Shown here one piece after another: positions 62,241 through 64,000 of a stretch of 64,000 nt of DNA. The translations under genes were made by a program, and so were the position numbers. The stretch is from Stegostoma tigrinum (Eukaryota). The stretch is from NCBI RefSeq assembly GCF_030684315.1, contig NC_081391.1, forward strand, positions 14,237,342 through 14,301,341, read 5' to 3'. How positions within the stretch are numbered: position 1 is the first letter of the stretch; the number at the start of each line of letters is the position of its first letter. Under the pieces are notes generated by a model. That model saw only the letters and a list, made by a program, of their open reading frames with translations. It did not search any database and had not been told where the DNA came from.

Positions 62241-62348
62241 CACTGATTGGACGTGGCAGCTGATCAACTGATTAACAAGAGTGATTGGCCATCACTGATG
62301 ATGTCATTTCCTGCTTCATAAAATGATGGTCTGCATTGGGGTATAAAT
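62241..62348 (+). promoter_or_regulatory. Putative core promoter of F9
   Basis: Same block, with TATAAAT at 62342. Confidence 0.62.
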
Positions 62349-62436
62349 AATGTCCTAAGAGAGTGATGTTTTAGGTGTAGTTGGTTTTCTTTCCAAGTTT
62401 GTTGTGCTGGGTTAGGAAAGCTGTTTGTGTCACAAG

Positions 62437-62538
62437 ATGGCCTCCCAGATCAGTCAGAACTATCACCAGGATTGTGAAGCTGCTGTCAACAAGCAGATTA
62501 ATGTGGAGCTCACTGCCTCCTATCTCTATCAGTCTTTG
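62437..62538 (+). CDS. Ferritin subunit, copy F9, exon 1 (gene continues beyond the window)
   Basis: ATG at 62437, [34 protein letters not shown], donor gtgagt at 62539. Intron 1 is nearly identical to that of F3. Confidence 0.92.
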
Positions 62539-64000
62539 GTGAGTGCTGTCCCTGTGGTGTTGAAGTTAAATCTGTTATGGTTAAGTCAACAGTTTTTCTT
62601 GTTTGTAACTAACTTGGAACTACTGTAGATAGTGTTTTATATTTCCCTTCTATTTAAACACCAGGAGAAATCTAATGCTATTAGAAAAATGCGGTATGAC
62701 ACTGATATACAGTAACTAGGCCCCTGTTGACTTTCAGTGACTGTCTGGTGGGTGAAGTGCTTTGAGAAATACATCTTGTAATTCACTGTCAGGATTGTGA
62801 CTGGCAGTAACTGTCACTATCTCTGAAGATTATCATAACTTGACAGTATGTTAGAAAGAGGATAACGGAGTGTGGGGCTGGATGACCACAGCAGGACAAG
62901 CAGCATCTCAGGAGCATAAAAGCTGATGTTTTGTGCCTGGACCCTTCATGCTGCTTGGCCTGCTGTGTTCATCCTGCCTGATGCTTTGTTTTCTTGGATT
63001 CTCCAGCTTTTGCTGTTCCCATTATTTGAGTCTTTTAGAAAGAAGCTGGGATAACCATTAGTTCATTAGCCTCCTGTTGTAATGTGTCCTGGTGTATCTG
63101 TTTTGTCTTGTGATGCATGTGAACAAACCAGGGTTATATTTCCTGTTGGAGAAAGGTGTCATAGTGACTGTCCAGAATAACCAAATCTGATTTGCCTCAG
63201 CCTTCAGGGTTGGGCTGTGACTCCCTACCTGTTTAAATAGGTTTCCAGTGAGGCCTGTTGGGCTTTTTGCTCTCCATGAGGTGGGTGTGACCCATTCTCT
63301 CTCAACCTACAGACAATTGATCTGCTGTAGTGTGATATATTGGAGACTCCTGGGTCTGCAGGAATGTGTTGAGCCAGTGAAGCAAGGCTTTTCCCATACC
63401 ACCTCTCCTGGTCTGAAACAAGCCCCCTTTCACCAGCTGGTGGTGTGCCTGTGCCCTTCCAAGGGGGAGAATATGTTTGGAAGGTGAGAGCTGCAGCGGA
63501 CCTAGTAGATAATGGACCCTGAAAGGAGGTGGTGAATGCAGTCCCCATGAAGTGGGTTGCTCTGTCCTGGATGGTGTCTGCTTCTTGCATGTTGTAGCTC
63601 CACTTCTCCAGACACATGGAGAATATTCATCACTCACTGGGCTTGTGCCTGTTGGAAGGAAGTCGTTTCCAATGACATGAGGATCAAGTCCCTGTAAGCC
63701 CACTTTGTGAGATGGGAACAGCTTTTCCTGCTGAACTAGGTGGGTTTTAATCACTGGCCAGTGTGCCTACTCAACAAGAATTGTGCTCATATAAAATCCT
63801 CACTGTTCTTCACATGTCACATCATGTAACAACCCAGTTAAATCACACTGTAATCCACCAAGGCAAATCGTCAAGAGCAACTTCTCACCAGGTTTCTTCC
63901 CTCAGAACAATCCTCATCTGCTTTATGAAGCAGCCTAAAGTGTTCACTGTTATTCCAGCTTGTTGTTCAAGTGTGAATGTCAGATTAGAATGAGTGCAAG

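Larger units (their letters stand above)
1..64000 (+). repeat. Tandem segmental array of ferritin gene units (9 copies seen)
   Basis: Start codons at 5788, 12942, 23591, 31732, 38519, 47244, 55134 and 62437 (spacings 7154, 10649, 8141, 6787, 8725, 7890, 7303). Near-identical blocks: about 4260-9200 with 22070-26770, 12720-17600 with 47020-51960, 28400-36500 with 51800-59900, and 9850-14520 with 59330-64000. Confidence 0.97.

Noticed and set aside
1-64000. CRISPR array, prokaryotic operon, or processed ferritin retrocopies
   Set aside because: Repeats are kb-scale gene units with spliceosomal introns. There is no repeat-spacer pattern and no poly-A-tailed intronless copy.

Overview
Eukaryotic (vertebrate) genomic DNA, most likely an elasmobranch judging by HE1-like and Deu-type SINEs, CR1-clade LINEs and Penelope-like palindromic remnants. 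The whole 64 kb is a head-to-tail tandem array of four-exon ferritin genes on the + strand, with a period of about 6.8-10.6 kb. There are nine copies (F1-F9): seven complete and two cut by the window edges. Coding exons are 102+147+126+156 nt, encoding 176 aa, and the introns are GT-AG. F2, F3, F4 and F8 have intact frames. F5 has a -1 frameshift, F6 has a destroyed exon-1 donor plus other damage, and F7 has lost its ATG. The proteins look H/M-like but carry the L-chain-type substitutions E62K and Q141E (human FTH1 numbering without Met) in every copy where those exons are visible. None of the eight visible 5' leaders has a canonical iron-responsive element. Introns and spacers fall into a few recombined haplotype classes, while exons, 3' UTRs and core promoters are homogenised. 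Most other ORFs in the track are transposon fragments or noise.
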